Shown one piece after another: positions 34,801 through 46,668 of a stretch of 64,000 nucleotides of DNA (position 1 is the first letter of the stretch; each line of letters begins with the position of its first letter). The DNA is from Emiliania huxleyi CCMP1516 (lineage: Eukaryota). Below the pieces are notes generated by a model, which searched no databases, was not told the DNA's origin, and worked only from the letters and a program-made list of their open reading frames with translations. A program made the translations under genes and the position numbers. The DNA lies in contig NW_005201493.1 in NCBI RefSeq assembly GCF_000372725.1, forward strand, positions 138,830-202,829, given 5' to 3'.

Positions 34801-34813
34801 CGCCGCTGTCCAT
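28804..34813 (-). CDS. DEAD-box RNA helicase (Mss116/RH25-31-like) with Gly-rich termini, many minisatellite introns, split by gaps
   Basis: AKTGTGKT, SPTRELA, ATPGRL, DE|ADQLLEMGF, LFSAT, QYIHRLGRTARAG and YQ|AWLGFYNS motifs. Confidence 0.9.
29929..31290 (+). repeat. Gap-flanked near-identical duplicate of 26643-27246 + 28498-29210 (probably the other haplotype)
   Basis: Sequence identity by inspection; bounded by 100-N gaps on both sides. Confidence 0.85.
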
Positions 34814-35903
34814 GTCTCGAGCGAGGAGTACGAGTCCTGTGGACCGAAATAAAAGAATTTTAAAGACTGACTCGGACTGGCACTACAAATGGCACAGCAG
34901 GCGACGGCCCCTTACGGGTCGTCAAAGAGGCCGGCGTACTCCTCCGGCCGCTCCTCCCCCTCCCAATCCTCCCCGGGCTCTGGCTCCTCCTCCTTCGCCC
35001 GCGCCCTCGCCCCCGCCGGCGGCGGTTCCGTGCGGCCGTCGCCCCCGCCCCCTCCCCGCCCCCATCACGGCCGGAGCCGTACCACCCCGCGCGCACGAGG
35101 AACGAGGACTGAGCCTCAACCTCGTCCACCCTCACCGCCCTCACGGCGGCGTCGCACGCCTCAGCCCGCGAAGCGCCAGCAGCATGCGCCGCGGCGTACG
35201 CCGCGTCGCCTACCGCCTGCCTCGCGAGAGACGCGGCGCGCCACTCGTCCTCCAGAGCCGCCGAGCCCCACGCAGGGTCTCCCGCAAGCAAGCCCTCCTC
35301 CCCCCCGTCCGAGTCGCCATCCGAGCTCAACTCGCCCTCGCCCTCGCCCTCGCCTCGCGCCTCGCCGCTCCCATCCTGCGGCTGCGCCACGCCCCGCGCC
35401 TCGCAGCAGCCCCATCCTTGGCAGAGCCCGCCGCACATGCTATGCGCGACGTATGCCTGGCGCAGGCCAGGCACCTCCCACCCATCGTCAGTGGTGGCGA
35501 GATAGGGCGCCGCGCAGCGGCCTGTCGAGTTAGCCCACCGCCACGCGCCCGCCCTTCGCGCGGCGGAACAAATGCTGGGGGCAGCTAGAGCTCCCCCAGA
35601 GGAGCACTGTTACTAGAGCTACTGCCCCCCAGAGGAGCTGAACAATGTTGCTAGTGTTAACAGTAACAACAGAACAACAGTGGGATCCGCCAACCGCGAC
35701 AATAGTCAACGTTAGGCCGGCAAACAACAATACCAAAGAGTTAGGGAGCGCGAACAACACTCGCGCCTGCCCCAGCCACTGGCCAGACACGCTCTCAGCG
35801 CGTCTGTGTTGTCCGCGCGCGTAGATAGACAGATAGACAGCGTCACAGCTGATCGTAGCTAAAACAAAAATCCGCTTCTCTACCTCGCATTCCTATTGCA
35901 ACA

Positions 35904-36071
35904 CCCTCGCCGGCGGGTTGGACTCGCGCAGCAGCGCCGAATAGCACAGCCACCGCACGGCGCAGCTCTCACCTTCTGGCTGCGCCGGCAGCTCGAAGCC
36001 GCGCTCTTGCGCCCACAAGCGGAGATGCCCTCCGCCTCCCCCGCGAGCGAGGCGTGGAAGAGCAGCGAGAC
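35904..36071 (-). repeat. Inverted, diverged copy of part of the F-box/RCC1 gene (matches 36253-36412)
   Basis: Minus strand encodes RLWAQERGFELPAQPEGESCAVRWLCYSALL, almost the same as the plus-strand gene. Confidence 0.9.
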
Positions 36072-36111
36072 ATTGAGCTGCGCACTTCGGAATAGAATTC
36101 TTTTTCTCCCG

Positions 36112-37542
36112 ATGTCTTTCCCACGGCGCCGCTCGAGGCGCCTCGCCGCCGCCGCCGCCGCCGCGCACTGCCCCCTCCTCGACCTCCCCACGGACCTCCT
36201 CCTGCGCGTCCTCTCTCGCTGCGACCCCGCCGACATCGCTCGCGTCGCGGCCGTCTCGCTGCTCTTTCACGCCTCACTTGCGCTGGAGGGCATCCGCTTG
36301 TGGGCGCAAGAGCGCGGCTTCGAGCTGCCGGCGCAGCCAGAGGGCGAGAGCTGCGCCGTACGGTGGCTGTGCTTTTCGGCGCTGCTGTGCGAGCACAACC
36401 CGCCGGCGCGGGCGGCGGCAGGCCAGTGGCACAGCCTCTTCATCGACGGGGAGGGGCGGCTCTCGTCGTGCGGTTCGGCAGCAGAGGACGAGGAGGACGA
36501 GGAGGAGGAGGGTGTTTCAGGCCTCCTTGGCCACGGCGAGGGCGTGACGCGGCTCAACACGCCGACCCGCCTCCCGTCGACGCTGGGCGGGGAGCGCGCC
36601 GTGAGTGTGTCGGTGGGAGACTTCCACAGCCTTGCCCTCACTGCCGGCGGAGCTGTCTGGAGCTGGGGCTGTGCGTTCGAAGGCAGGTTGGGCCACGGCG
36701 ACCAGCAGATCCAGCTGCTGCCGAAGAAGGTCGAGGCCTTTGCTAGTCAGTGCGTCGTCGCTGTCTCGGCTGGATACGCACACAGCCTCACCATCACCTC
36801 CGACGGCGCTGCCTGGAGCTGGGGCTTTGGAGCGCAAGGCAGGTTGGGCCACGGCGACGAGCAGAACCAGCTACTGCCGAAGAAGGTCGAGGCGTTTGCA
36901 GGGCTGCACGTCGCCGCTGTGTCGGCTGGAGGCAGCCACAGCCTCGCCATCACCGCCGACGGCGCTGCCTGGAGCTGGGGCGATGGAAGCTACGGCAAGT
37001 TGGGCCACGGCGACGAGCAGAACGTGCAGCTGCTGCCGAAGAAGGTCGAGGCCTTTGCTGGGCGGAGTGTCATCGCCGTGTCGGCTGGATACTCCCACAG
37101 CCTCGCCCTCACCGCCAATGGCACTGTCTGGAGCTGGGGCTCTGGAGACTACGGCGAGCTGGGCCACGGCGACTGGCAGAACCAGCTGCTACCCAAGAAG
37201 GTCGAGGCGTTGGCGGGGCAGCGCGTCGTCGCTGTGTCGGCTGGAGATTACCACAGCCTCGCCCTCATCGCCGACGGCGGCGTCTGGAGCTGGGGCACTG
37301 GAGACTTTGGCAAGCTAGGCCACGGCGACCGACAGCGGCAGCTGCTGCCCAAGAAGCTCGAGGCCTTTGCTGATCAGCGTGTCGTCGCTGTCTCGGCTGG
37401 AGAGCACCACAGCCTCGCCCGCACCGCTGATGGCGCCGTCTTCACGTGGGGCAAGGGCGAGCCCGGCTGCCTAGGCCACGGAGAGGACCTGTCGGACCAG
37501 CTGCTGCCCAAGAAGATCGAGGCGTGGGGTCCGGGGAAGTGA
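36112..37542 (+). CDS. F-box-like + RCC1-repeat protein, intronless
   Basis: LLDLPTDLLLRVL F-box-like motif; about 7 VSAG..HSLA....G.VWSWG....G.LGHGD repeats. Confidence 0.9.
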   Translation: MSFPRRRSRRLAAAAAAAHCPLLDLPTDLLLRVLSRCDPADIARVAAVSLLFHASLALEGIRLWAQERGFELPAQPEGESCAVRWLCFSALLCEHNPPARAAAGQWHSLFIDGEGRLSSCGSAAEDEEDEEEEGVSGLLGHGEGVTRLNTPTRLPSTLGGERAVSVSVGDFHSLALTAGGAVWSWGCAFEGRLGHGDQQIQLLPKKVEAFASQCVVAVSAGYAHSLTITSDGAAWSWGFGAQGRLGHGDEQNQLLPKKVEAFAGLHVAAVSAGGSHSLAITADGAAWSWGDGSYGKLGHGDEQNVQLLPKKVEAFAGRSVIAVSAGYSHSLALTANGTVWSWGSGDYGELGHGDWQNQLLPKKVEALAGQRVVAVSAGDYHSLALIADGGVWSWGTGDFGKLGHGDRQRQLLPKKLEAFADQRVVAVSAGEHHSLARTADGAVFTWGKGEPGCLGHGEDLSDQLLPKKIEAWGPGK

Positions 37543-37734
37543 TTTGCGAGAAGGGCGAAAGGGGTGATGTATGATACGGCTCTACAATACAGATAGTGGT
37601 TTTTGGGGGGTTTGCAAAGAGGACATTTGCAAAGGGAACGCAGCGTTTTCTTTCTTTACTGTTGAAACAATGAAAGCAGGCGGAACGGCGCGTACTGCGT
37701 AAGCGCTTGGTGAGCTGGTTCGGGCAGCCCCATA

Positions 37735-39150
37735 CGCTCCAACATCGCCGTCAGCCCCGACGGCGGCGCGCTGGTTGTGGCAGGTGGCAACAAGCTCCGA
37801 CTGGTGGAGGTGGACACTGGTGAGTTGACATCGCTCGCGGGCAGCGGCGAGGCTGGCGACGCCGATGGCGTGCGCGGCGCGGCGCAGTTCCACAACCCAA
37901 CCGGCGTCGCCATCAGCCCGGACGGTAGCGCGCTGTTCGTAGCGGACAATCGGAGCCACAAGATCCGGCGGGTGGAGGTGGCGACGGGCGCTGTCGCCAC
38001 GCTCGCGGGCAGCGGCGACGCAGACGACGCGGACGGCGTGGGCGATGCGGCGCACTTCAGCTACCCATCTGCCGTCGCCATCAGCCCAGACGGCGGCGCG
38101 CTGTTTGTGACGGACAGCGGCAACCACAAGATCCGGCGGGTTGAGGTGGCGACGGGCTCGGTGACGACAGTCGCGGGCAATGGCGACGAAGGCGACGCGG
38201 ATGGCGTGGGCGATGCGGCGCACTTCTGCAACCCGATTGGAATCGCCATCAGCCTGGACGGCAGCGCTCTGTTTGTAGCCGACAATGAGAACCACAAGAT
38301 CCGGCGGGTTGAGGTGGCGACGGGCGCTGTGACGACGCTCGCGGGCAGCGGCGAGGGTGGCAACGCTGATGGCGTGGGCGATGCGGCGACCTTCGATCAA
38401 CCAGTCGAGGTCGCCATCAGCGCCGACGGCAGCACTCTCTTGGTCAGCTCAGTCGGTGACCTCCGCCAGGTCTGCGTGATGGCGTCTCCTTCGCCTCCCT
38501 CCTTCGCCCCCAGCGTGGTGCCGCCCTCCACCATCCTGGCTGACTTTGCAAAGACGCGCGGTGACGCGACCCTGCCCACCGGCCTGGTCATTCCTGGTCG
38601 GCGACGACCGGGAGCGCCTCGAGCACGTCAGCAAGTCCCTGCTCTGCGCCCGGTCCGTGTTCTTTCGGACCATGTTCGGCATCGGCATGAAGGAGCGCGA
38701 CACCGCCGAGGTCACGGTGCCCCACACCGACCTCGCCAGCTTCACCGCCCTAGTCCGCTACCTCCTCACCGACCAGCTCGACCTCGGCGAGGAGGAGGGC
38801 AGGGCGCAGCGCGCGCTCGACCTGCGGGAGCTGGCGCAGATGTATCAGGTGCCGCGCCTCGAGCTGCTCTGCGCGCAGGCGCTGCAGGAGAGCGTCGGGC
38901 CGGCGACCGCCGTGCCGCTGCTCGAGGCGGCGCACACGATGGGCGACGGGCGGCTCCTCGCGCAGTGCCGCCGCTACGTGGCCGACCACGCCGCCGAGGT
39001 GCGCGCGAGCGGCGGCGTGCTGCGCGACTTTGGCGTGGCCAAGGGGCTGCTCGGCGACGCGCTCGACCAGGTGGCGGAGCTCAAGGAGACGGTGGCGGAG
39101 CTCAAGGGGGCGGTGGCGACGCGCGAGGCGGAGATTTGCGTGAATGCCGC
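37735..39150 (+). pseudogene. NHL-repeat + BTB/POZ gene, 5'-truncated and frameshifted
   Basis: P.GVAISPDG.ALFVAD..NHKIRRV repeats; BTB (LCARSVFFRTMF) in another frame after a 2-bp deletion at ~38590 relative to the paralog at 46669. Confidence 0.85.
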
Positions 39151-39563
39151 CGTTGAGCCCTTGAGACGCTTGACCCTTGACGGATGCGCCGGGCCCGGGC
39201 GGGGCTGGGAAGCTAGCTCTCATGTCACATATGTGATAGTTTTGTCATATGTGTGCGGCACCTGAGGTGTCATACATCAGCACATACGACACCTCGCAGC
39301 CACATGTAAAATAATACGATTACGGACTCACATCGTGTTTTGCGGCACTTCTAAGGAGCCGCGGGACTGGCTAGACCGCGAAACAGCAGCGCAAACCGCC
39401 GCGCGAGCGTTCTGACTCCTGTGCTCACCCTCACCCTCCACGTCTATCTCGCTACCCGACACACACGCGCAAACTCTCATACCTCCTCCCTCTCGCGGGC
39501 TGCACACTCCACAAGAGCTGCACAGCAGCCTGCAAGCGTTGGAAAGGGGGAAGGGGACTCAAC

Positions 39564-39802
39564 CTACAGCGCCTCCTCCTCCGAAGCATCACCGCCCCCT
39601 CCACGCTTCTTGCCGCCGCCGCCGCCGCCTCGCTTCTTGCCGCCGCGCCCGCCCCCCTTGCCTCCTCCGCCGCCGCCGCCGCCACCACCGCCTCCGCCGC
39701 CCCCTCCTCCACCGCCGCCGCCGCCCTCATCCTCGTCACCGTCGCCCCCCTCGTCCTCTTCGTCGCTCGGCGTAGGTGGCGCCACCGCCGTCGCCGGAGG
39801 CG

Positions 39803-39837
<35 letters not shown>

Positions 39838-42040
39838 GCAGCGCCGACAGGCTGGCTGTCGGCCGGGGCGGCGGAGGTTGGCAGAGGAGTCGAGGACTCG
39901 TTGCGCGTGCCGTTGCCGCCGCCGCGCTTCCCGCCGCGTTTTCCGCCGCGTTTTCCCTGACGGCGGCGAGCGCGGCGCGCCTGTGAGAAGGGCGCCCCGC
40001 GCCTGTCACGCCGGGCAGCTCTCGGGGCATCTCTCGGGGCAGCTCTCGGGGCATCTCGGGGCATCTCGGGGCATCTCGGGGCATCTCGGGGCATCTCGCG
40101 CGGCATCTCGGGCGCACGATGGCGGTGGGACGCGGGGGCGGGGATGTGTGTGCGTGAGTGGGGGGCGGGAGATGCCGGGGGGGGGGGGGGGGGGGCAAGG
40201 CCACTCATTTTGGGCACCTCCGCCGAGTCCTCTCCAGCCCCCCCCGGGTCGTCCCCCTCCCCCCAATTGGGAACAACCCCCCCCCCCAAAGAGGGGGAGG
40301 AGGCGGCAGCGGCCGGCGGCACCTCGGCCCGCGCCGCCTCCTGCGCCGGCGCCGCCGCAGCGGCCGGAGGCGTCTCCGCCACCGGCGCCGCTCCGGCAGG
40401 CGCCGCTTTGGCAGGCGCCGCGCCCTCCGCCGCCGCGTCGTCCGGCGGAAGCGCCTCCTCGTCCGCCGCAACGTTCGCGTTTTTGCCCGCCCGGCCGCCC
40501 CCCTTGCCGCGCCCGCCGCCCTTGCCGCGCCCTCCCCCTCTCCCTCCTCCGCCCCCCGCTCCGCCCTCCTTGCCGCCGCCCTCTCCGGCCGCCTCCTGCG
40601 AGGAAGACACCGCCTCTGCCGGCGGCGGCGGCGAGGCCAGCGGCGGCGGCGGCGAGGCCAGCGGCGGCGGCGGCGAGGCCAGCGCCGCCGCCGCCGGCGG
40701 CGGCGACGGCGGCGGCGGTGTGCTGTCGGCGGGAACCGTGGCCGCCGTTGCGATCGTTGCGGCGGGGGGAGGCGGCGGCGGGGTGCCCGCCGGCACCGGC
40801 ACCGCCACGCGAAGCTGCTGGCCGGCCGAAACGCCGGCAGGGACTCTGATCTGGAGCTGCCCTCCGAAGGGCGAGTTGATGACCTGCGTGGGTGAAGGCG
40901 GCGACGTGAGGGCGGGAAGACGGTACTGTGCGGCGTACTCAGAGCACGTGGCGTGAGTGCAACGGAGAGGAAGACAGTGAGTACGGCCGAATACGTGTGA
41001 GTACAGCGGAGTACGTGTCCTCTCGAGCGCTGGTTGGGGATACACGAACACGTCTTCCGCTTCTAGGAGTTGGTGACGATGGCTTGGCCCGCGGTCACGC
41101 CGGGCGGGATGGTGACGAGGAGATCTCGCGTTGTGGCCGCGGCGGCCGCGGGCGGCGGCGGCGACAACGAGGGCGAGGGCGAGGGCGAGGGCGAGGGTGG
41201 GGGCAAGGGTGAGGGCGAGGGCGAGGGGGAAGGCGAGGGGGAGGGCGAGGGCGGGGGCGGGGGCGGGACTGGCGGCGGCGGGGAAGCGACCACCGCTGCC
41301 GTCGCTTCCGCTGTCGCCACCGCCGGCACCGCCCCAGCCGTCGCCACCACGGGCTCCCCCGCCGCCACCGCCCCCGTTGCCGCCACCGGCCCCACTTCCG
41401 CGGCAGCAGATGCCGCCACCGCCGCCACCGCCACCGGCCCCGCCGTCACCGGCTCGGAGGTGGCGACCGCGGCGGCGGGCACCGACGCGGCGGGCACCGA
41501 CGCGGCGGTCGCCGACACCGCAACAGCCGAGGCGCAGCCGGGCGCGGGACTGCTCCGGATTGTCCACACGTTCCCGTCCGCCCACTTGATGGCGCTGCCG
41601 TTCCAGCTGCCGGTGAGCGCGGCGGGGCCGCCCTTGGCCGAGAAGTTCGCCTCGATCTCCTTGCCAGTCACGAGCGCGCGGACCGCCCAGGCTGCACCGC
41701 TCGTCCCGTCGGAACCCGTGATGTTTGCTGCGCCGCCCGCACCGGCCTCCGCAATGGCGCGAGGGCAGCCAGGATGCCTCGGGTCGTCAAAGAGGCCAAA
41801 GGGGGCCTCGTGCCGCTTCGCCAGCGCCTTCTTCAGCTCCGCCTGCAGCACCGACTTTGTGAGCTTGCCGTCCGGCGCGAGCGCGTCAAACTGGTCCAAG
41901 ACCGCCTGCAGGACGTGCTGCGGCAGGTGGGGCACCGACGACGTCTCCTTCGGCGGCCCCTTGCTCGACTCCTTGCTGCTCTTCCCGCCGCTCTTGTGGA
42001 CGCCGGACGAAACGGCGGCCAGGCAGAGGGCGAGGAGCAT
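39564..42040 (-). CDS. Secreted Pro/Ala/Gly-rich protein, spliced
   Basis: Signal-like MLLALCLAAVSSG; DPRHPGC...NFSAKGGP...IKWADGNVW globular module; VTIPPGVTAGQ/VPAGVSAGQ repeats; introns 40884-41077 and ~39985-40215. Confidence 0.6.
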
Positions 42041-42134
42041 CGACGTGCACGGCGGGCCTGGCTGCGCCACCACAGAACTTTGTGGCGGCGAAGTTTTTTC
42101 TTTTCGCCACAATTGGCCAAAGGTTACAAATGTT

Positions 42135-43399
42135 ATGTCCGCTCGCGCGAACTCGTCGGGCCACAGGCTACCGAGCGCCTCGTGTTGACCCCAGCCATCC
42201 GCAAGGACAACACGACTGGCTACAAGAAGTGTGACCTTCTACCGCCCAGCAGCAAGAAGTTCAAGGCGCAGGTGAGGGATGGCGGGAAGATGGTCCACCT
42301 CGGCTACTTCGACACCGCCGAAGAGGCGGCCACCGCCTACGCTCGCTCAGAGTGCGGCCGCGCCGACGCCGCCAAGCTACTGCAGCCTCACCCGGCTCCC
42401 ACTGCCGCTGGCCTCGAGGCGATACGGCAAGCGGAGAGGGAGGGCCTCACCCTGGTCACCAGCGGCAGCACCAGCACCAGCTACAAAGGCGTGACCTTCT
42501 ACCCGAAGGAGCGAGGAAGCAAGAAGTACAAGCTGCAGGTTACGGTTGGCGGCAAGCGTGTCTTCCTCGGCCTCTTCGCCACCGCCGAGGAGGCGGCGCT
42601 CTTCTACGCCCGCAGGGAGGCGGGCAGGGACACCAGCGATCTCACCGCGCCGCCGCCGCCGCCGCCGCCACCCGTGCCTTCCTCTGCTGCTGGCGCCGAG
42701 GCAGTCAGCCAGGCGGGGAGGGAGGGCCTGAGTCTGGCTACGAGCGGCAGCAACAGCGGCTACAAAGGCGTGACCTTCTGCCCGAAGCAGAAAGGCAGCA
42801 AGAAGTACCAGCTGTCGGTGTGGGTTGGCGGCAGGCAAGTCTTCCTCGGCATGTTCGCCACCGCCGAGGAGGCGGCGCTGGCACGTGCGCGGCACCTGTG
42901 GGACACGACCGTCCGCCTGCTCGAGCCGCAGCCGCGGAGCAAGCACCGCCGCAAGGCGCAGCAGGGCCGTCCGAGGCCAGCAGCGTCGAGGAGGAGGACG
43001 GCTTCGACCCAGCGGACATTGCCGACGCCGTGGCTAACTCGCTGCTCCCCGACCCGCCTTCCGCGAGCGAGCAGAGGGCGGCGAGGCGGCAGGCGCGCGC
43101 AGCACGCAGAGCAGGCGGTGAGGGCGGGGGCGGCGGCGATTTGTGTTGCCCCGCCGTGCGACGACGAGGTGAAGGCGGAGGTGGAGAGCTATAGCGAGGA
43201 GGAGTCGGAGATGGAGGTGGAGGCGGCTACCGCAGCAAGGGCGGCACCGGCTGCAGCTGAACATACCGAGTGCGTCATTTGCTTGGATGACCTGAGCGCA
43301 CACCCTCTTTCGCCTTTCGGCGCAACTCCGCCCTCCTCGCGGCATATTTTGGCCCCTCGAGTTTATCGAGCTCTCCTCGCGCAAGGACGACTCTTCTGA
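42135..43399 (+). pseudogene. Triple AP2-domain gene with degenerate RING-like tail, frameshifted
   Basis: Three GYKGV...LG.F.TAEEAA..YAR units; local frameshifts versus the paralog at 50031; ECVICLDD near the end. Confidence 0.75.
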
Positions 43400-43547
43400 C
43401 GCCCACTGCGATCATTTGCCGCCAAGTCATATCGTTGCTCAGGTCCACTCTCTCTTCGAACACTTGTGCCTCCACGGATGATGCTGGCGCTGGGGTCCCC
43501 TTCGGGTGCATCGTGACAGCTGACGACGGGATTACCACAGGTGCTTA

Positions 43548-44133
43548 GGGTACCTCCTCTTGGAAAAGTTATTTAGGATCACCCCCCTACCGCCGCCCAG
43601 TACGTGCTCCGCAGCTGAGCCCACGCACCCCACAGTAGCTCAGGGACACAATGAGCTCGCATACAAGTGCTGGTACGCACAGCTCGACGCGTACTCGAAT
43701 GCTGCCACTGTCATTCTAGCCGGCGAGCGGCGGCGTCACAGCGTCGACTCTCGCATCGCGATGAGACGGACTGCTTGCCCAGACGCGCGCCTTGGCGCGC
43801 TCCTGTGGTGCAGGAGGAAGGTCAGCGGTCGTGCTGCGCAGGCCCGGCCGTCTGGCTGGAGGGAGCAGCAGCTGGCGCTCAACAGCAGCGCTGTCGAGCA
43901 GCGCAGCACACCACACTCCCGCCAAGCCACGTGTCATTTCCCGCCAAGATTTGGCGCCAAAATGGCACTTTAGTGTCCACCTAGCCACGTGGTCGCGGCC
44001 TGAAGCTCCAAGCTTCTGGGACTGAGGTCCCACATCGCTGGACTCCATTTGTGTGCAGGCGGCACCCTTCCGATCGTTCGCCGATGTCCGAAACCGGGGT
44101 CGTACTAAATAACTTTTCCAAGAGGAGGTACCC
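43548..44133. mobile_element. MITE-like element with 29-bp perfect TIRs
   Basis: GGGTACCTCCTCTTGGAAAAGTTATTTAG at 43548-43576, reverse complement at 44105-44133. Confidence 0.8.
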
Positions 44134-44136
44134 CTG

Positions 44137-45172
44137 TAGGGTTCTGAGGGCCGGACTTTTAAGACCTTTTAAGAAATGAGGAGATTGGGGGGCTGAAATT
44201 GCCATTTAAGAGATTGCAGGCACGGGGGGTCCCTCTTTTAAGACCGTTTAAGAAAATCGGCCTCACCGGCCATGGCCCATGCGTCGCTGGGTTCCGCGCC
44301 GTTTTCTCCAATACCACCGTTATTAGGCACAAAACCGCCTCTGAAGACACATCTGTAAGCCATACTCGCAGAGGGGGCGCGTGCTAGCTGACTGTAGCCA
44401 GCTTCCCGGCCTCCGGCGTCTACCGGGAGCCTCCCGGACCATCGATCTCGGGAGCTCTCCCGCACCGTTTAACCCTTTTTTGCTTCATAAGGTTCCTGGA
44501 GAACAAATCTCGATAGATCTCCAGTCGTAGCGGTGGAACTTTAAAACGGCTCGGTAAATATTTAGCCATGTATGAGAGGATTACGCCACAGTGTCGTTTG
44601 AGTCGACAGTAAATCTCCCACAGCCCACGTAAATCCGTCTTTTTCAGGCACCCGGAGCCCTCCGCGGCCGCTTCTACGCCGGCGAAGCACCATCAAGCTG
44701 CTGTACGGCCCCCGCATCGCCTCCCCTGGCTTAGCTCTCAGTCAAGATATTGAGCACCTGGGTGGTCTCTACAATATACTCACTGACACTGAACCTCCCA
44801 GAGCTCGTCCCGGTCCGTCACGGCCATCCTCGTCCTCCGGCGGGCCCCCCGCCGGCCGCGGCGCGGTGCGGCGGCGTCACAAATCCGACCACAGAGCACC
44901 GGGACGCGGTCGGGCGATCTGAGGCCCAAGTAGGCGAATGCATTGCCCATCCAGGGCTATCACCTGGACCTATCAACAGGCGCCTGCGGCGCCGTGCTCA
45001 GGAGTTGGTTTTCACTCGCTCGAAATGTGTACGTAAAAGGGTTAAGCGTTTAAGACCGTTTAAGGATTCGGCGGCCCAGCAGCTCTTAAAACCTGCCTAG
45101 GCAGGTTTAAGCCGTTTAAGCCGCAGGCGCCCCAGGGCCCACCCTTTTAAGCCTAGGGGTACCCTAAGCACA
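44137..45172. mobile_element. DNA-transposon remnant with TTAAG-rich subterminal repeats (hAT-like ends)
   Basis: Starts TAGGGTT, many TTTAAGA/TTAAG motifs at both ends; left end is homologous to 20908-21035. Confidence 0.5.
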
Positions 45173-46668
45173 GGTGTTTCGTCCTCCTCGGGGTCGTCTT
45201 CCCCGGCTTCCTTGCGTTCGGCGTGGCTCACCCTCCATGCCGTGAACAGGCGCTTTATCCACCCTATATTCTTCTCTCGTTCCTCTGCCCGTGCCTTGGT
45301 CTTGTCGTTGTTTCGCACCCATGTCTGTATGGCAATCGAGGCTGCCTTCCGCTTGAGCACTTGAGCACTTGATAGGGTCGATTCCGCATGGTACGGGACC
45401 CCTCGATCGTCTCGCCCTCCCTCACTGGTGTGGTCATTGGGGGGGGTCATAACAAACACGGTACAGGATCGAGGTGCACGCTGCTGAAGGTGAAGCAGTA
45501 TGTCCCCCCTCTCCCCGACGGCGATGGCGGTGTGACCGATCGAGCTACAAGAGGAGCTTGTTCAGCAGGAAAGGCTTCCCCACTACCTGTAGTTCACTCG
45601 TCCTCCTTGTGGAGGGTGAAGGCGAGGAAGTGGGCCACCGCGTGGCGGGCCGAATCGTGCAGGAGGATCTGCACGCAGCGTGACCGTCGCCGCCGGAACC
45701 GTCAAGTTTACAACTTCACAGCCGTGGCATTGAGAAGAAGAAAACACCTCCTTCACACAAACTTCACCACTCGGCACAGGGCACCGGCTCGGCAACACGG
45801 GCATGAGTGAGTGGCAGCGCCCCGCGCCCTGCGATCGCTCGCCGTTTGGCACTGTAGTGAGAGCAGCGTGCGGGGTGTGGCAGCGCAGCGCGCGCCGTGT
45901 ACCAATTGATTGATTGATGGGAAGGCGAAACACAGTCCGACCAACGACTGGGACACCAACGCGGTATGGGTGGACGCTAGACGGGCGATGACGGTCACAC
46001 AGGAGCGACACACAGAACCACAAGACAAGACACTCAGCCAACAGGGCGGCTGCCACACATCCTGAGCGAACTTCCCTAGTCACCCGCGGCCGGACTCCAT
46101 CCGGCACGCGTCGCTGGGCGCTCAGAGCCGCGTCCCCTGCTCGCCACCCCGACGCCCAAGGCGCCCGAGCGAACGACAGGCGGCACGCGAAGACTGGTTG
46201 CAATCCCGCCGACCGCCAGGCCGCGGGATGATGCGTGCGTGGTCATGTAGTGGGTCTCGGAAGCTCCCCTCTCGGGCTAGGAGCCAGCCCCTCTCCCTTG
46301 CCCTCGGAACACTGTGTCCAAGTCGAGGCGTGTGCTTGCCGGTCGACGGCCGCGCGCGGTTGGCATTGTGACGAAGGTTGCGCGCGGCCGCGGCGCGCCC
46401 GCCATGGTTCGGCGCGGCGCGCCTACCAGCGGCAGTTGTCGAGGCACGGGAACGCTTACCCGGGGTCATCCTCTGAGCCTGGTCGTCGGCGCCGCGATGC
46501 CACGGCGGCGCATTCGACGTCGTCGGCGCGCTGCCCCGCGGTGAGCCCCGCCGCACGTGGCGACGGCCGCAGGTTGGCCCGGTGCAGCGCGCCCTGGCCG
46601 CAGTACCGCTTCGCGACGCCGTTGATTGCGCATACCCCACAAGCCCTGTCCCGAATCCACTCTGTGGC

